32,000 nucleotides of DNA. Source: Dickeya solani IPO 2222 (GTDB taxonomy: Bacteria > Pseudomonadota > Gammaproteobacteria > Enterobacterales > Enterobacteriaceae). The first letter of the stretch is position 1. The number at the start of each line of letters is the position of its first letter. A program made the translations under genes and the position numbers. Location of the stretch: NCBI RefSeq assembly GCF_001644705.1, contig NZ_CP015137.1, forward strand, positions 4,230,001 through 4,262,000, given 5' to 3'. The notes under the pieces are model-generated. The model worked only from the letters and a program-made list of their open reading frames with translations. It did no database searches and was not told the DNA's origin. Shown in pieces: positions 18,095 to 30,207 of this stretch.

Positions 18095-19183
18095 ATGAGT
18101 ACAACTGATATCCGGGTCCAGGTGGGACCGGCCAATTATTTTTCTTTCCCCGGGGCGATTGACAAGCTGAGCGAATTTTATCCGGACGAGGTACTGGCCC
18201 GTGCGTTCTGGATACATGGCGAGCGGGCGCTGGCGGCGACGCGCGCTTATCTGCCGGCGGCGTTTTCTGCGCCGACGGCCCGGTCGGCCGGTTTTTCCGC
18301 ACACTGCAGCGAAAATGAAATTGCGCGGTTGACGGCGGCGGCGGGTGATGACCGCACCGTGGTGATTGGCGTCGGCGGCGGCGCGGTGCTGGACACTGCC
18401 AAAGTGGTAGCGCGTCGTCTTGGTCTGCCGTTGGTGGCGATTCCGACCATTGCCGCGACCTGCGCCGCCTGGACGCCGCTCTCGGTTTGGTACAACGATG
18501 CCGGGCAGGCGCTACGGTTTGAGATTTTTAACGATGCCAATCATCTGGTGCTGGTGGAACCGCGTATTCTGCTGGCGGCGCCGGTGGAATACCTGCTGGC
18601 GGGGATCGGCGATACGCTGGCGAAATGGTATGAAGCGGTGGTGTTAAGCCCGCAGCCGGAAACCCTGTCGCTGACTGTACGTCTGGGGTTACAAACCGCG
18701 CAGGATATTCGTGATGTGCTGCTGAACCAGAGCGAATCCGCGCTGAAGGCCGTGTATAACGCCACGCTGAACCAGGACTTTCTGGATGTTATCGACGCGA
18801 TTATCGCCGGCGGCGGTATGGTGGGTGGATTGGGCGAGCGCTACACCCGGGTGGCGGCGGCGCATGCGGTGCACAACGGTTTGACGGTGCTGCCGCAGAC
18901 GGCGCATTTTCTGCATGGCACCAAAGTGGCTTACGGCATTCTGGTGCAGTGCGCGCTGTTAGGGCAAGCCGATACGCTGCGTCAGTTGAAAGCGGCGTTC
19001 CGGGTGTTCGGGTTGCCGATATCGCTGGCCGAGCTGGGTGTGGATATTACCGATGAAACGGCATTGCAGGCGGTTATCGCCCGTACCTTGCAGGCCGGCG
19101 AATCCATTCATTATCTGCCCGGACCGCTGGGCACTGATATGTTGCTGACTGCGTTCCGGACTGTGGAGCTGGCGAACGGCTGA
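18095..19183 (+). CDS. hcxA: Iron-containing (group III) alcohol/hydroxycarboxylate dehydrogenase, YbdH/HcxA-like
   Basis: The 362-aa product is collinear with remembered E. coli YbdH (IRV.VGPANYFS.PG, VVIGVGGGA.LDTAK, PTIAATCAAWTPLSVWYNDAGQAL, LLAGIGDTLAKWYEAVVL, RVAAAHAVHNGLTVLPQT, FLHGTKVAYGILVQ). Confidence 0.85.
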   Translation: MSTTDIRVQVGPANYFSFPGAIDKLSEFYPDEVLARAFWIHGERALAATRAYLPAAFSAPTARSAGFSAHCSENEIARLTAAAGDDRTVVIGVGGGAVLDTAKVVARRLGLPLVAIPTIAATCAAWTPLSVWYNDAGQALRFEIFNDANHLVLVEPRILLAAPVEYLLAGIGDTLAKWYEAVVLSPQPETLSLTVRLGLQTAQDIRDVLLNQSESALKAVYNATLNQDFLDVIDAIIAGGGMVGGLGERYTRVAAAHAVHNGLTVLPQTAHFLHGTKVAYGILVQCALLGQADTLRQLKAAFRVFGLPISLAELGVDITDETALQAVIARTLQAGESIHYLPGPLGTDMLLTAFRTVELANG

Positions 19184-19190
19184 TAAAGTA

Positions 19191-19217
19191 ACGGGGTGGT
19201 TTTTTAAACCACCCCGT
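19191..19217. terminator. Bidirectional terminator hairpin between hcxA and the KTSC gene
   Basis: The sequence acggggtggttt-ttt-aaaccaccccgt is a perfect long stem between convergent genes. Confidence 0.65.
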
Positions 19218-19231
19218 CATTAAGGGCTGGG

Positions 19232-19444
19232 TTATTGCAGTTTGTCATACGGAAAGGAATTCCTGATGTAACGTGCGTAATAACGCGCTTTGGCATTGGA
19301 GGCCATCAACTCCTCATAAATCATTCGTGCTACGTTTTTGTACTGATACAGACTGCCGTTCAGTAATTCTACTTCTAATATGCTGGTTTCCGAATCGTAA
19401 CCTACGGCAAACAGCTCGGTGGAAGATACACGTTTGCGTTGCAA
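19232..19444 (-). CDS. KTSC domain-containing small protein
   Basis: The 70-aa product has the pattern V.SS.L.AVGYD..TSILEVEL.NGS.YQY..V....YEEL..S.AK..Y....I typical of KTSC (PF13619). It uses a TTG start with an AGGGAG RBS. Confidence 0.7.
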   Translation of the reverse strand: MQRKRVSSTELFAVGYDSETSILEVELLNGSLYQYKNVARMIYEELMASNAKARYYARYIRNSFPYDKLQ

Positions 19445-19483
19445 AACAAATTGCTCCCTGTTGATGGTTGCGATGTAACGGCA

Positions 19484-19512
19484 ATGTTACTTGCTGTATT
19501 TTTTTTGGTCAA
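19484..19512 (-). promoter_or_regulatory. Candidate sigma70 promoter for the KTSC gene
   Basis: On the minus strand: TTGACC, a 17-nt spacer, then TAACAT, about 35 nt upstream of the TTG start. This is a pattern match only. Confidence 0.3.
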
Positions 19513-19773
19513 TGTCGACGCCAGAGGGCCGAAAAATCGTCAGTAAAAACAGACGAAAGAATGCAAAAAAAACCTTATCATTTCTCTATTTCACCTGCAC
19601 ATTGGCAGATGATGCCACGTTTGCAGGAATCTATCCGTCAGTCAATGATTGGCCGTCAGGATGGATTCCCACTTTGGTGGCGATCACGTTTTTATGTAAT
19701 ACCGGCACATCCGCGAGGGGTCAATCTACACCGTCTGTTGTGCCGGGTTTATCGCATTATTAAACAACTCCGA

Positions 19774-20619
19774 TCAGTTCGGCTGCAAGTGCTTTGCGTG
19801 AAAACGCAGATGATCTTCGATAAAGCTGGCGATGAAGTAGTAGCTGTGGTCATAACCCGGCTGAATGCGCAGCGTCAGCGGCCATTGCCGTGCACTGGCG
19901 ACGGCTTCCAACTGCTCGGGCTGAAGCTGGGTTGGCAGGAAGCTGTCGCCGTCGCCCTGATCGATCAACGTCGGCAGCGGCGCGTCGCTGTGAGCGAGCA
20001 GATGACAGCTGTCGTATTGCAGCCACTGCTGCCGGTCGTCGCCCAGATAGGCGCTGAAGGCTTTCTGCCCCCAGGGCACCGTTGACGGGTTGACGATTGG
20101 CGCAAAGGCCGACACCGAGCGGAAACGCCCCGGATGGCGCAGCGCCAGCATCAGCGCGCCGTGCCCGCCCATCGAGTGACCGCTGATGGCGACCCGATCG
20201 CTGGCGCTGACGTGCTGGCGCACCAGCGCCGGCAGTTCGTCGCTGATATAGTCGAACATACGGAAATGCTGGTCCCAGGGCGATTGCGTGGCGTTGACAT
20301 AAAAGCCCGCGCCTTTGCCCAGGTCGTACTGGGCGTCGTCCGGAACCTCATCGCCGCGCGGGCTGGTGTCCGGCATCACCAGCGCCAGCCCCAGTTCTGC
20401 CGCCACCCGTTGGGCGCCGGACTTGATGGTGAAATTCTCGTCGTTGCAGGTCAACCCCGACAGCCAGTACAGCACCGGCGGTGGGGCCTCCCCGGTAAGG
20501 GGAGGATAAAACACGCTGAAGGTCATGTCGCAGTTCAACGTGGCGGAGGCATGGCGGTAACGCCGCTGCCAGCCGCCGAACAACCGGTGTTCTTCCAGTA
20601 ATTCCAGTGACACAGTCAT
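19774..20619 (-). CDS. fghA: S-formylglutathione hydrolase (esterase D; FrmB/YeiG family)
   Basis: From ATG 20619 the sequence reads [18 protein letters not shown]..., very close to remembered E. coli YeiG ([59 protein letters not shown]). An alternative ATG at 20640 overlaps the frmA stop. Confidence 0.88.
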   Translation of the reverse strand: MTVSLELLEEHRLFGGWQRRYRHASATLNCDMTFSVFYPPLTGEAPPPVLYWLSGLTCNDENFTIKSGAQRVAAELGLALVMPDTSPRGDEVPDDAQYDLGKGAGFYVNATQSPWDQHFRMFDYISDELPALVRQHVSASDRVAISGHSMGGHGALMLALRHPGRFRSVSAFAPIVNPSTVPWGQKAFSAYLGDDRQQWLQYDSCHLLAHSDAPLPTLIDQGDGDSFLPTQLQPEQLEAVASARQWPLTLRIQPGYDHSYYFIASFIEDHLRFHAKHLQPN

Positions 20620-20639
20620 GGTGTGCGAATTTCCTGTCA

Positions 20640-21776
<1,137 letters not shown>

Positions 21777-21858
21777 TCAGAGTGGCGCAGCCGCCGGAAT
21801 GACGCAGCGGCTGCCAGGGATAATGCGGCATTGATATCGAATGCCGACAGGGAATGTA

Positions 21859-22722
21859 TTAAACGCCGATTTCAATCATCAGTTTTTTCAGCGCCTCAAC
21901 ATTGGGACCGAAGGCATCCCGCCGCCAGATAAGCCAGGTGCTGACCGAGGCGATATCGGTAGGCAGGTGATGGACCTGAACCTGCTGGCCGGCCGGCAGG
22001 GCTTCCAGTACGCTGAGCGGCACCATCGCCACACCGCTGCCGCCCGCCACGCCCGCCAGCAGGGCGCCGTACGACGGCATTTCGATTACGGCGGCGGGGG
22101 AGATGCCTTGCCCGCGAAACCAGCCTTCCAGTCGCTGGCGGTAGCCGCAGCCTGATGCGAAGGCCAGCAACGGCAGGTGACGCACCTGTTCAGCCTGAGA
22201 AATCGGCGGTATGCCAGTGGCGGTAATCAGCGCCAACTGCTGTGAAAAGACCCGGCAGCTGTTGATGGCGTCATGGTTAATCGGCCCGGTCACCAGCGCT
22301 GCCGCCAGTTCGCCGGCGTTCACGGCGTCCAGCAGCGCGCCGCAGGTGTCGCTGCGCAGCGCTAACTGAACCTGCGGATAGCGGCGGTGGTACAGCGCCA
22401 GCAAATTAGGCAACGAGGCGATCAGCAGGCTTTCCACCGCCCCTAGCGTGAACAGGCCGGCCGGTTCGCTGGTGTGCGCCATCGCCAGCGCTTCATCGCT
22501 CAACGCCAGAATACGCTGGGCGTAGCACAGGAAATTATGGCCTGCGGGTGAAAGGCGAACGCGCTGGCGCTCACGAATAAACAGATCGGTACCCAGTTCC
22601 TGTTCCAACTGGCGCAACCGGGTGGTGAGGTTGGAAGGCACGCGGCCAAGCTGCGCGGCTGCGCGCACCAGTGAACCGGTTTCCGCCACCAGACAGAACA
22701 TACGCAGTTGGGTCAAGTCCAT
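21859..22722 (-). CDS. LysR-family transcriptional regulator
   Basis: The 287-aa product has an N-terminal wHTH (MDLTQLRMFCLVAETGSLVRAAAQLGRVPSNLTTRLRQLEQELG) and a LysR substrate-binding C-terminal half. It lies co-directionally upstream of frmA-fghA. Confidence 0.85.
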   Translation of the reverse strand: MDLTQLRMFCLVAETGSLVRAAAQLGRVPSNLTTRLRQLEQELGTDLFIRERQRVRLSPAGHNFLCYAQRILALSDEALAMAHTSEPAGLFTLGAVESLLIASLPNLLALYHRRYPQVQLALRSDTCGALLDAVNAGELAAALVTGPINHDAINSCRVFSQQLALITATGIPPISQAEQVRHLPLLAFASGCGYRQRLEGWFRGQGISPAAVIEMPSYGALLAGVAGGSGVAMVPLSVLEALPAGQQVQVHHLPTDIASVSTWLIWRRDAFGPNVEALKKLMIEIGV

Positions 22723-23162
22723 ATATTCTCTTTTGGTGAATAACTTCTGTTAAGTTGTTTATTTATGGTGAGTGTAACGGTTGTGTCTGCGACTGGCAAC
22801 CCGGTTGTTTATCCGTTCGCTGGCCGTCATAAAGGGTGCGGTAAGACGTGCAGTGATATCACCGTGCCGGATGCGGCCTACTGTGTATCCCCGGTAGTGA
22901 AAAGCAGGTGATAATAGTTATATTGAAAGCTAATATTTGGCTATCAGGTTATATCTATAAAATGTCGGGCATACGTCGACGGTTTTTTTTATTTTTTGTG
23001 ACATTTAAATCAGCCGCCGGGTAATAGCGTGGCTTTTTTTTTATCACTGAGTAAGGATAAGATAGGACTCGGGTTTTGGCACGGAGCCTGCTTATCCCTC
23101 TTTTTCTTTGTGACATCCTATGGACGACACAGACGGTCAGAAATGACTGATCTCCTACCCGT

Positions 23163-23290
23163 TATACCCGCCATCTTTCAATTGCGGATGCATTGGTTGC
23201 TTTCCTTGGCTCCCGTCTCTTACTCGTGTAGACGGCTGGAGTTTCAACGGATTGCCGCCTGCCTGTGACTTGAATTACTTAGGGTAAATA
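23163..23290. repeat. Canonical-length ERIC/IRU element
   Basis: A 128-bp element. The left end tatacccgccatctttcaattgcggatgcattgg and right end gccgcctgcctgtgacttgaattacttagggtaaata match the remembered ERIC termini well. The central part is more diverged. The 79-aa track ORF 23029..23268 overlaps it and is spurious. Confidence 0.7.
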
Positions 23291-23376
23291 GCTTCATCCA
23301 TCTTTGCGCCATCGCATTTTGCTGCGCTGTGGATAAGGCATTATTCAAATCAGACACACATTATCTGGATATCATG

Positions 23377-25002
23377 ATGCGCATTTTAAAAAATATCACC
23401 ATCAGGGCCATGCTTTTAATCATACTTACGGTGTTTATCTTAATCTGGGGAGGCAGCGCGATTACCACTATCGTGTCATTAAATAAAGTCGAATCGTTAT
23501 TGAACACCAATCAAACCGAGAAGAAAAATTACACTATTTTGTCCAACGGTCGGGAAGCCTTTACCCAGTCGATCGCGCTGATTAACCGCAGTACGCTGTT
23601 TCAGCAGCGAGGTGATAGCGCTCAGGCTCAGGCGCTGCTGCAAAAAGTACAAAGCAATCTCGACAACACCCGCACGTTGCTGACAGCCTTCCGCGCCGCC
23701 GGTCATGACGGTATCAACGCCACGCTGGCGGGACAAATCGCCGACTCATGGGACAACGCCATTTCCCAGGCGCTGATGCCGATGTTGAACGCCAGCCGCG
23801 CCGGCCGTTTCGAGGAATACCAGCATTATTATCTGGACGCTTACCCTGCTTTGGCACAGGCGTTTGGCAGCAATGTAGCGCAGTACGGCGAGGCGATACA
23901 GGTCGACGACTCGTTGACCCGGGCGAATCGGCTAACCTCCGTCAGCCGGGATGTGCTGAGTGGCGCCCTGATTTTGGGGGTGTTGGCGTTATTCCTGTGC
24001 GATCGCTACCTGGTCAACTATCTGGTTAAACCGGTCGGGGATATCAAACGTCATCTGACCGCATTGACGGAGGGGCGCCTTGGCGCGGATCTGCCGGAAT
24101 TCGGTCGTAACTGCGTTGGGCAGTTGATTCCCTACATCCGGCAAATGCAAAGCAATCTGCACGATACCGTGAGCGTGATCCGCGATAGCTCGGCCGCGTT
24201 GCATGTTGGCGCGAGCGAGATCAGAAGCGGTAACGACGAGCTGGCCAGCCGGACGGAAGAACAAGCCGCGGCATTGCAACAGACGGCCGCCAGTATGGAG
24301 CAGTTGAGCGCGACGGTGACTCAAAACGCGGATAACCTTAAGCAGGCGAGCAAACTGGCGCAGGAAGCTACCGAGCGCGCGCTTAGCGGCGGCGAAGCGG
24401 GCAAGTCGCTGGAGTCGATGATGAAGGGGATTTCTGACAGTTCGCGTCAAATCAATGACATCATCACCCTGATCAACGGTATCGCTTTCCAGACCAATAT
24501 CCTGGCGTTGAACGCGGCGGTGGAAGCGGCGCGCGCCGGTGAGGCCGGACGTGGTTTTGCCGTTGTGGCGGGCGAAGTCCGTAATCTGGCTCAGCGTAGC
24601 GGTCAAGCGGCTAAGGATATCGGCGCATTGATCGGCGATTCCGTTCAGCGTGTCGAAGCGGGATCCGTCCAATTGACGCAGGCCGGCGCGGCAATGGGCG
24701 ATATTATCAACAGCATCATGAGTGTGGATGCATTGATTCGCGATATCGCGTCGGCGTCTGAAGAGCAAAAGAACGGCATTAAGCAGGTGAGCCTGGCCGT
24801 GACGGAAATGGACGGCGTGACCCAGCAGAATGCGGCGCTGGTGGAGGAAGCGGCATCATCGGCGGCATCGCTGGAGTCTCAGGCTCGGCAACTGGCGGGC
24901 GCCGTCACCGTATTCAGTCTGTCGGAGGAGGAGCACCGGTATTCCGCCAACGGCATGCTGCCCACGTCACGACTGGCATTGAGCGCAGCGCCGTCCCGTT
25001 GA
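23377..25002 (+). CDS. Methyl-accepting chemotaxis protein, paralogue 1 (no C-terminal pentapeptide)
   Basis: The start is set at [10 protein letters not shown] by alignment with paralogues 2-4; the track GTG at 23329 is an extension. It has TM1, a ~160-aa periplasmic Tar-like four-helix-bundle-sized domain, TM2, HAMP, a methylation helix ([21 protein letters not shown]) and the hairpin tip [35 protein letters not shown]. It ends ...LSAAPSR. Confidence 0.9.
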   Translation: MRILKNITIRAMLLIILTVFILIWGGSAITTIVSLNKVESLLNTNQTEKKNYTILSNGREAFTQSIALINRSTLFQQRGDSAQAQALLQKVQSNLDNTRTLLTAFRAAGHDGINATLAGQIADSWDNAISQALMPMLNASRAGRFEEYQHYYLDAYPALAQAFGSNVAQYGEAIQVDDSLTRANRLTSVSRDVLSGALILGVLALFLCDRYLVNYLVKPVGDIKRHLTALTEGRLGADLPEFGRNCVGQLIPYIRQMQSNLHDTVSVIRDSSAALHVGASEIRSGNDELASRTEEQAAALQQTAASMEQLSATVTQNADNLKQASKLAQEATERALSGGEAGKSLESMMKGISDSSRQINDIITLINGIAFQTNILALNAAVEAARAGEAGRGFAVVAGEVRNLAQRSGQAAKDIGALIGDSVQRVEAGSVQLTQAGAAMGDIINSIMSVDALIRDIASASEEQKNGIKQVSLAVTEMDGVTQQNAALVEEAASSAASLESQARQLAGAVTVFSLSEEEHRYSANGMLPTSRLALSAAPSR

Positions 25003-25060
25003 GATTAATTGCCGTGTCGTGAACGACGCGGCTTCTTTTTCACCGAACGCATCATAAAAG

Positions 25061-25089
25061 CCATCGGTTTCGGTACCGGTGGTTTTTTA
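25061..25089 (+). terminator. Probable rho-independent terminator after MCP 1
   Basis: The sequence ccatcggt-ttcggt-accggtgg forms an 8-bp stem with one G.U pair, followed by ttttttat. Confidence 0.55.
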
Positions 25090-25532
25090 TGGCTGACACT
25101 ACCTGAATCATATCCCCACCATTTTGCTGGCTGCCGGTACGTCGGCTGCCTCACATTCCGGTCGATCTCTGCCTTGCTCCTCCGGCACGGCAGCACGTTG
25201 GCTTAAGGCTTTCCTGTCGCCCGAATAATGTAGGCTACAACAATGACAGCGATAGGTGTTTTTAATGAAGGGGAAATAACCAGCAATATTAAAGGGAAAG
25301 TGCATGCATATTTTATAATGTGATCGCTGACGGCATAGTGTTTTTTAATTTAAGGCTCGCTTAATTTTCTCTGGGTAATCTTTGAAATGAAGGTCGTCGG
25401 GTTCTCGGATTATTTTTCTGAGCAACGAAAACGATAAGCTGAAGTGCTATTTCACTTGTTTAATTGGCAATAGTTTATACCGGAAAGATTAGTACTGTGA
25501 CTGATTCTCAGTGCTGGCTTTGCCGGTTTCAC

Positions 25533-25668
25533 CAGGGTTTTTCTTGTCACGATGCGCAGATAAGTAAACAGCGGTAAAGAATACGCCTGATTACACGGGG
25601 AGCAACCAACGCAGGTGACTATAACTAATATACGTGCCATGCACGCAGAAAATGATTCGGAGCCTGTT
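25533..25668 (+). promoter_or_regulatory. Conserved ~135-nt leader/upstream module of MCP 2
   Basis: The blocks cagggtttttcttgtcacgatgcgcag, aaccaacgcaggtgact and cggagcctgttATG are shared at the same spacing with the MCP 3 and MCP 4 upstream regions. Confidence 0.35.
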
Positions 25669-27324
25669 ATGAATTTCTTGAAAAATATCACCGTCAGACG
25701 AATGATGTTAATTATCCTGGTGCTCTTTACGCTTGTATGGGGAATGGCATCCTCATTAACCCTGTATTCGCTTGGCAATGTTAATGGTTTATTGAGTGAC
25801 AATCAGGATCAGAAAAAAAGCTATTCCATTCTGGTCCGCGGCAATGATCAATATTCTCGTGCGGTAATGCGTATGTCGCGCATACCGGAATTTATACAAC
25901 AAGGCGATATGGATAATGCCCAGAAAACGTTGAGTTCTGCGACGGGTGCGCTGAAAAATGCCCAAGAGGCGTTGGCGCAGTTTAAGCGCAGCCGGCAGGT
26001 TGGCGTCAGCGATGAACAGGTCCAGCAACTGATTGCATCATGGGAACAGATTCTCAGCAATGCGGTCGAGCCAATGATGAGCGCGCTGAAAGACGGGCGA
26101 ATGGACGAATTTAAACGAATTTTCCTGAAACAATATCCGCCGATGAGCGTGGAGTTTGGCGAATTGACGGAAAAATACGCCGCCGCTATCCAGTCCGACA
26201 ATACTATTACGAATGTAGAGAACTACATCGCTATTAGCAAAAACGTGTTACTGGTTGCTTTGATAATGGGTGTTCTCGTGCTGTTCCTGAGCGACCGTTA
26301 TCTGGTCGGTTATCTGGTGAAACCGATTGGTCAGATTAAACGCCATCTGGAATTGCTGACCAGCGGTAAACTCGGCGTCGAGCTGGATGAATTCGGCCGT
26401 AACTGCGCCGGTCAGTTGATCCCCTACATCCGGACAATGCAGCACAGCCTTCGCAATACGGTGCAGACTATCCACGCCGGTTCGTCGGTGATTTACACCG
26501 GCACCAGTGAAATTCGGCAGGGCAATGACGAACTGTCGCGCCGTACCGACCAGCAGGCGGCCGCCTTGCAGGAAACCGCCGCCAGCATGGAAGAGCTGAC
26601 ATCGACGGTGAAAAATAATGCTGATAACGTGCATCAGGCGCGGCAGATTTCAGAAGAGGCGCAGCGGATGGCCCGGCATGGCGGCGACATTACCGACAGC
26701 GTGGTGACCACCATGCAGGGTATTTCCGACAGCTCCCGCAAGATTGCCGATATCACCAGCGTGATTAACGGCATCGCCTTCCAGACCAATATCCTGGCGC
26801 TGAACGCGGCGGTGGAAGCGGCGCGGGCCGGCGAGCAGGGTCGAGGTTTCGCGGTGGTGGCCGGAGAAGTGCGCAATCTGGCGCAGCGCAGCGCGCAGGC
26901 GGCCAAAGAGATTGAGACGCTGATCGGCGAATCGGTCAGCCGGGTGAGTACCGGCTCTGAGCTGGTGCGGGAAGCCGGTAGCGCGATGGAAGTGATTATC
27001 TCCTCGGTGTCGCGGGTACACGACCTGATGGGCGAGATTTCGGCGGCGTCCGACGAGCAGAGCCGGGGTATTGCGCAAATTGGTCAGGCGGTAACGGAAA
27101 TGGACGGCGTGACGCAGCAGAACGCGGCGCTGGTGCAGGAAGCCTCGACGGCGGCGGCGTCGCTGGAAGATCAGGCGCAGAGCCTGGCGGCGGCGGTGGC
27201 GGCGTTTGACCTGGGCGATACGCCACTGCGCTCCCCACGCGTTAACGCTCCGGCGTTGAAACGACCGGCGCTGAAAGCCTCCCTGCCGGCCAGGTCGTCC
27301 CACGGAGACTGGGAAACGTTCTGA
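25669..27324 (+). CDS. Methyl-accepting chemotaxis protein, paralogue 2 (C-terminal DWETF)
   Basis: The ATG at 25669 has GGAG 6 nt upstream, giving a 551-aa product. Architecture is as for paralogue 1, with [21 protein letters not shown] and [35 protein letters not shown]. It ends SSHGDWETF. Confidence 0.92.
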   Translation: MNFLKNITVRRMMLIILVLFTLVWGMASSLTLYSLGNVNGLLSDNQDQKKSYSILVRGNDQYSRAVMRMSRIPEFIQQGDMDNAQKTLSSATGALKNAQEALAQFKRSRQVGVSDEQVQQLIASWEQILSNAVEPMMSALKDGRMDEFKRIFLKQYPPMSVEFGELTEKYAAAIQSDNTITNVENYIAISKNVLLVALIMGVLVLFLSDRYLVGYLVKPIGQIKRHLELLTSGKLGVELDEFGRNCAGQLIPYIRTMQHSLRNTVQTIHAGSSVIYTGTSEIRQGNDELSRRTDQQAAALQETAASMEELTSTVKNNADNVHQARQISEEAQRMARHGGDITDSVVTTMQGISDSSRKIADITSVINGIAFQTNILALNAAVEAARAGEQGRGFAVVAGEVRNLAQRSAQAAKEIETLIGESVSRVSTGSELVREAGSAMEVIISSVSRVHDLMGEISAASDEQSRGIAQIGQAVTEMDGVTQQNAALVQEASTAAASLEDQAQSLAAAVAAFDLGDTPLRSPRVNAPALKRPALKASLPARSSHGDWETF

Positions 27325-27352
27325 CAGGCTTCTGGTTCTCTCGTTTTAGCTC

Positions 27353-27387
27353 AGAATGCACCGGCTTGCCGGTGCATTCTGTTTTAT
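27353..27387 (+). terminator. Rho-independent terminator after MCP 2
   Basis: Perfect 12-bp stem agaatgcaccgg/ccggtgcattct with loop cttg, then gttttat. Confidence 0.75.
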
Positions 27388-27691
27388 GGCGATGGTGGCA
27401 GGTTTTTATCCGGGTGGTTGCCGCTGAGATGATTACCCGGGACTCAATAACTGAGGGAATTAAAAAATAAACAAGGCTGAAATGAAATAACGTGATCCTG
27501 GTCAGCTTTACTTTTTTATTTTAAGGCTCACTTAATTTTCAATCGGTAGTATTAACGATGAAGACACATTGAACGTGTTGCCGGTCATGAAAGTGAATAC
27601 GGGTCGCTAAAAAGGAATGCGGTTTATTTAACCGCTATCTATGCCGGAATAAAAATATTGTTATTACATTGTTGAAATAATTTTATTGAGC

Positions 27692-27825
27692 CAGGGTTTT
27701 TCTTGTCACAATGCGCAGCAGGTGCACAGTGGTGAGCGATGCACTATTTACACTGGGGAATACCAACCGCAGGTGGCTATGACTAAGCAAGCGCTGAAGG
27801 CGCGACTAATTATCCGGAGCCTGTT
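27692..27825 (+). promoter_or_regulatory. Conserved ~135-nt leader/upstream module of MCP 3
   Basis: Carries cagggtttttcttgtcacaatgcgcag, accaaccgcaggtggct and ccggagcctgttATG, the same order and spacing as upstream of MCP 2 and MCP 4. Confidence 0.35.
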
Positions 27826-29481
27826 ATGAATATCTTAAGACACATCACTGTCAGAAGAATGTTGTTAATTATCCTGACACTGTTTACCGTTATCTGGGGA
27901 ATGGCATCCATTTTTACTCTGAACTCATTCAGCAGCATGAGTGATTTGCTGAATGACAACATGGCACAAAAGAAGAGTTACTCGACGCTGGTCAAAGGCA
28001 ACGATCAATATTTCCGTGCGGTAACACGGATGTTGCGCGCGGTGGATTACCTGCAGACCGGCGATGCCGACAATGCGCAGAAAACCCTGAGTTCAGCCGC
28101 CAGCGCATTGAAGAATAGCGAAGAGGCGCTGGCGCAGTTTAAAAACAGCGAGCATATCGGGGTGGATAAAGAGGTGGTGCAGCAGATGACCGATGTCTGG
28201 GGCCGGTTGCTGCAAAGCGTAGTGGAGCCGATGCTGACGGCGGTCAAAGACGGTCGGATGGACGATTTCCGCCAGCTGTTTCGCAAACAGTATCCGCCGT
28301 TGAGCGTGGAATTCGGCGGCGTGGCGGACAAGTACGTGACGGCTATTCAATCCGATGATGCCATTATCTCAGCGGAAAAACATATTGCCATCAACAAGGA
28401 TCTGCTGCTGGTTGCCCTGATTATCGGCGTCATCGTACTGTTCCTGAGCGACCGTTATCTGGTCAACTATCTGGTGAAACCGATTGGTCAGATTAAACAT
28501 CACCTGGAATTGCTGACCAGCGGCAAACTCGGGGTGGAACTGGATGAATTCGGCCGCAACTGTGCCGGTCAGCTGATCCCTTACATCCGGGCGATGCAGC
28601 ACAGCCTGCGCAATACGGTGCAGACTATCCATGCCAGCTCATCGGTGATTTACACCGGTACCAGCGAAATTCGGCAGGGCAATGACGAACTGTCGCGCCG
28701 TACCGACCAGCAGGCGGCGGCTTTGCAGGAAACCGCCGCCAGTATGGAAGAGCTGACCTCGACGGTGAAAAACAACGCGGATAACGTACGTCAGGCGCGG
28801 CAGATTTCGGAAGAGGCACAGCAGATGGCTCGTCAGGGCGGCGACATTACCGACAGCGTGGTGACCACCATGCAGGGTATTTCCGACAGCTCGCGCAAGA
28901 TTGCCGATATCACCAGCGTGATTAACGGCATCGCCTTCCAGACCAATATCCTGGCGCTGAACGCGGCGGTGGAAGCGGCGCGGGCCGGCGAACAGGGTCG
29001 CGGTTTCGCGGTGGTGGCCGGGGAAGTACGCAATCTGGCGCAGCGCAGCGCGCAGGCCGCCAAAGAGATTGAGACGCTGATTGGCGAATCGGTCAGCCGG
29101 GTGAGTACCGGCTCTGAACTGGTGCGGGAAGCGGGCAACGCGATGGAAGTGATTATCTCCTCGGTATCGCGGGTGCATGACCTGATGGGCGAGATTTCGG
29201 CGGCGTCCGATGAGCAGAGCCGGGGCATTGCGCAAATCGGTCAGGCGGTGACGGAAATGGACGGCGTGACGCAGCAGAACGCGGCGCTGGTGGAGGAAGC
29301 CTCGACGGCGGCGGCGTCGCTGGAAGATCAGGCGCAAAGTCTGGCGGCGGCGGTAGCGGCGTTTGACCTGGGCGATACGCCGCTGCGCTCCCCACGCGTT
29401 AGCGCTCCGGCGCTGAAACGACCGGCGCTGAAAGCCTCCCTGCCGGCCAGGTCGTCTCACGGCGACTGGGAAACATTCTGA
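27826..29481 (+). CDS. Methyl-accepting chemotaxis protein, paralogue 3 (C-terminal DWETF)
   Basis: The 551-aa product has a cytoplasmic part nearly identical to paralogue 2 and a clearly diverged periplasmic domain. It ends SSHGDWETF. Confidence 0.92.
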   Translation: MNILRHITVRRMLLIILTLFTVIWGMASIFTLNSFSSMSDLLNDNMAQKKSYSTLVKGNDQYFRAVTRMLRAVDYLQTGDADNAQKTLSSAASALKNSEEALAQFKNSEHIGVDKEVVQQMTDVWGRLLQSVVEPMLTAVKDGRMDDFRQLFRKQYPPLSVEFGGVADKYVTAIQSDDAIISAEKHIAINKDLLLVALIIGVIVLFLSDRYLVNYLVKPIGQIKHHLELLTSGKLGVELDEFGRNCAGQLIPYIRAMQHSLRNTVQTIHASSSVIYTGTSEIRQGNDELSRRTDQQAAALQETAASMEELTSTVKNNADNVRQARQISEEAQQMARQGGDITDSVVTTMQGISDSSRKIADITSVINGIAFQTNILALNAAVEAARAGEQGRGFAVVAGEVRNLAQRSAQAAKEIETLIGESVSRVSTGSELVREAGNAMEVIISSVSRVHDLMGEISAASDEQSRGIAQIGQAVTEMDGVTQQNAALVEEASTAAASLEDQAQSLAAAVAAFDLGDTPLRSPRVSAPALKRPALKASLPARSSHGDWETF

Positions 29482-29506
29482 CGCGTTTCCAACCTCTCGC
29501 GTTATC

Positions 29507-29550
29507 GCCGAAGGCATCGGTTTACCGGTGCCTTCGGCTTACTCCGTTTT
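29507..29550 (+). terminator. Probable terminator after MCP 3
   Basis: Perfect 10-bp stem gccgaaggca/tgccttcggc with a 12-nt loop. The downstream T-tract (ttactccgtttta) is weak. Confidence 0.5.
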
Positions 29551-30006
29551 ATATCCCACCTGTTCGCCTGACGCGGTGATAACGACGATTTGCCGTTATG
29601 GTCCGTGCTGCACTGTAATAATTTTCTATCGCTTCTATACTCGATTGGAACATCCAACGTTAAGACAACAAGGGTTAAAACCGTATCGTCAAAAATAACG
29701 CTGTTTAAAATCGTATTCGTTAAATAACGGACGCCTGACGCCAGCTATCTTGGCGACAGGCACGGTTGTTTTGACGCGCTCAGAGGCCAGATGGCGTTCG
29801 GCACAGAGCGGATAACAGCGCGGTGGAAAGGGCGGCGTGCGACGAGAGGGAGGAAAAAGTGGTATAAATTTTAACAGTTGCAATGGGTTATTATTGCATT
29901 TGATTCAATAATGGAGGCAATTAAAATATCAGCAGCGGAATAATGGGGAGGTGTGATTCTGAGGGGTTTTATTTTTTTAGAGCAGGATTCTCTTTGTTTT
30001 TGCCTT

Positions 30007-30062
30007 ATAGTTTTAGAGACATCGTTTTAGAGACATAGTTTTAGAGACATAGTTTTAGAGAC
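30007..30062. repeat. Tandem repeat, 4 x 14 bp (AT[A/C]GTTTTAGAGAC)
   Basis: Read directly: atagttttagagac / atcgttttagagac / atagttttagagac / atagttttagagac. The units are head-to-tail with no spacers, and a degenerate fifth copy (tttttttagagcagg) lies about 25 nt upstream. Confidence 0.9.
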
Positions 30063-30207
30063 GTGAAAACCATTGAAGGCATTATCGGTCATGGCCGACT
30101 GAACAGATCGTCGTCAACGCTGGCGTGTTGTTTTGATTTTTTCAGTAATCATTCGTACCAGAAACATAAATGTTATTACTGACACCTCCCGATAATGTGT
30201 GTTGAGT

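Noticed and set aside
19468-20085. A 205-aa plus-strand ORF spanning the fghA-KTSC gap.
   Set aside because: Two thirds of it is antisense to the strongly supported fghA. Its composition is not protein-like, it has no RBS, and the start is arbitrary.
23029-23268. A 79-aa ORF upstream of the MCP array.
   Set aside because: It overlaps the ERIC repeat and a T-rich intergenic tract, has no RBS, and is most likely a chance frame through repeat DNA.
29689-29883. A 64-aa minus-strand ORF in the MCP3-MCP4 spacer. Similar small ORFs occur at 25009..25206, 25108..25305 and 25452..25802 in the MCP1-MCP2 spacer.
   Set aside because: They are Pro/Arg-rich or overlap the MCP 2 start. None has an RBS or a recognisable motif, and they are not conserved between the paralogous spacers.
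30007-30062. The GTTTTAGAGAC repeat core resembles the beginning of some type II CRISPR repeats, which raises the question of a CRISPR array.
   Set aside because: The units are only 14 bp and directly abut one another with no spacers. There are no cas genes or leader in the window. It is a simple tandem repeat.
30167-30195. A possible FliA (sigma28) promoter upstream of MCP 4: TAAATGTT ... CCCGATAA.
   Set aside because: The spacer is 13 nt, not the ~11 nt of the TAAAGTTT-N11-GCCGATAA consensus. The equivalent positions upstream of MCP 2 and MCP 3 lack the critical CGA core (GAAATAA or no match). It remains an unconfirmed possibility, not a call.
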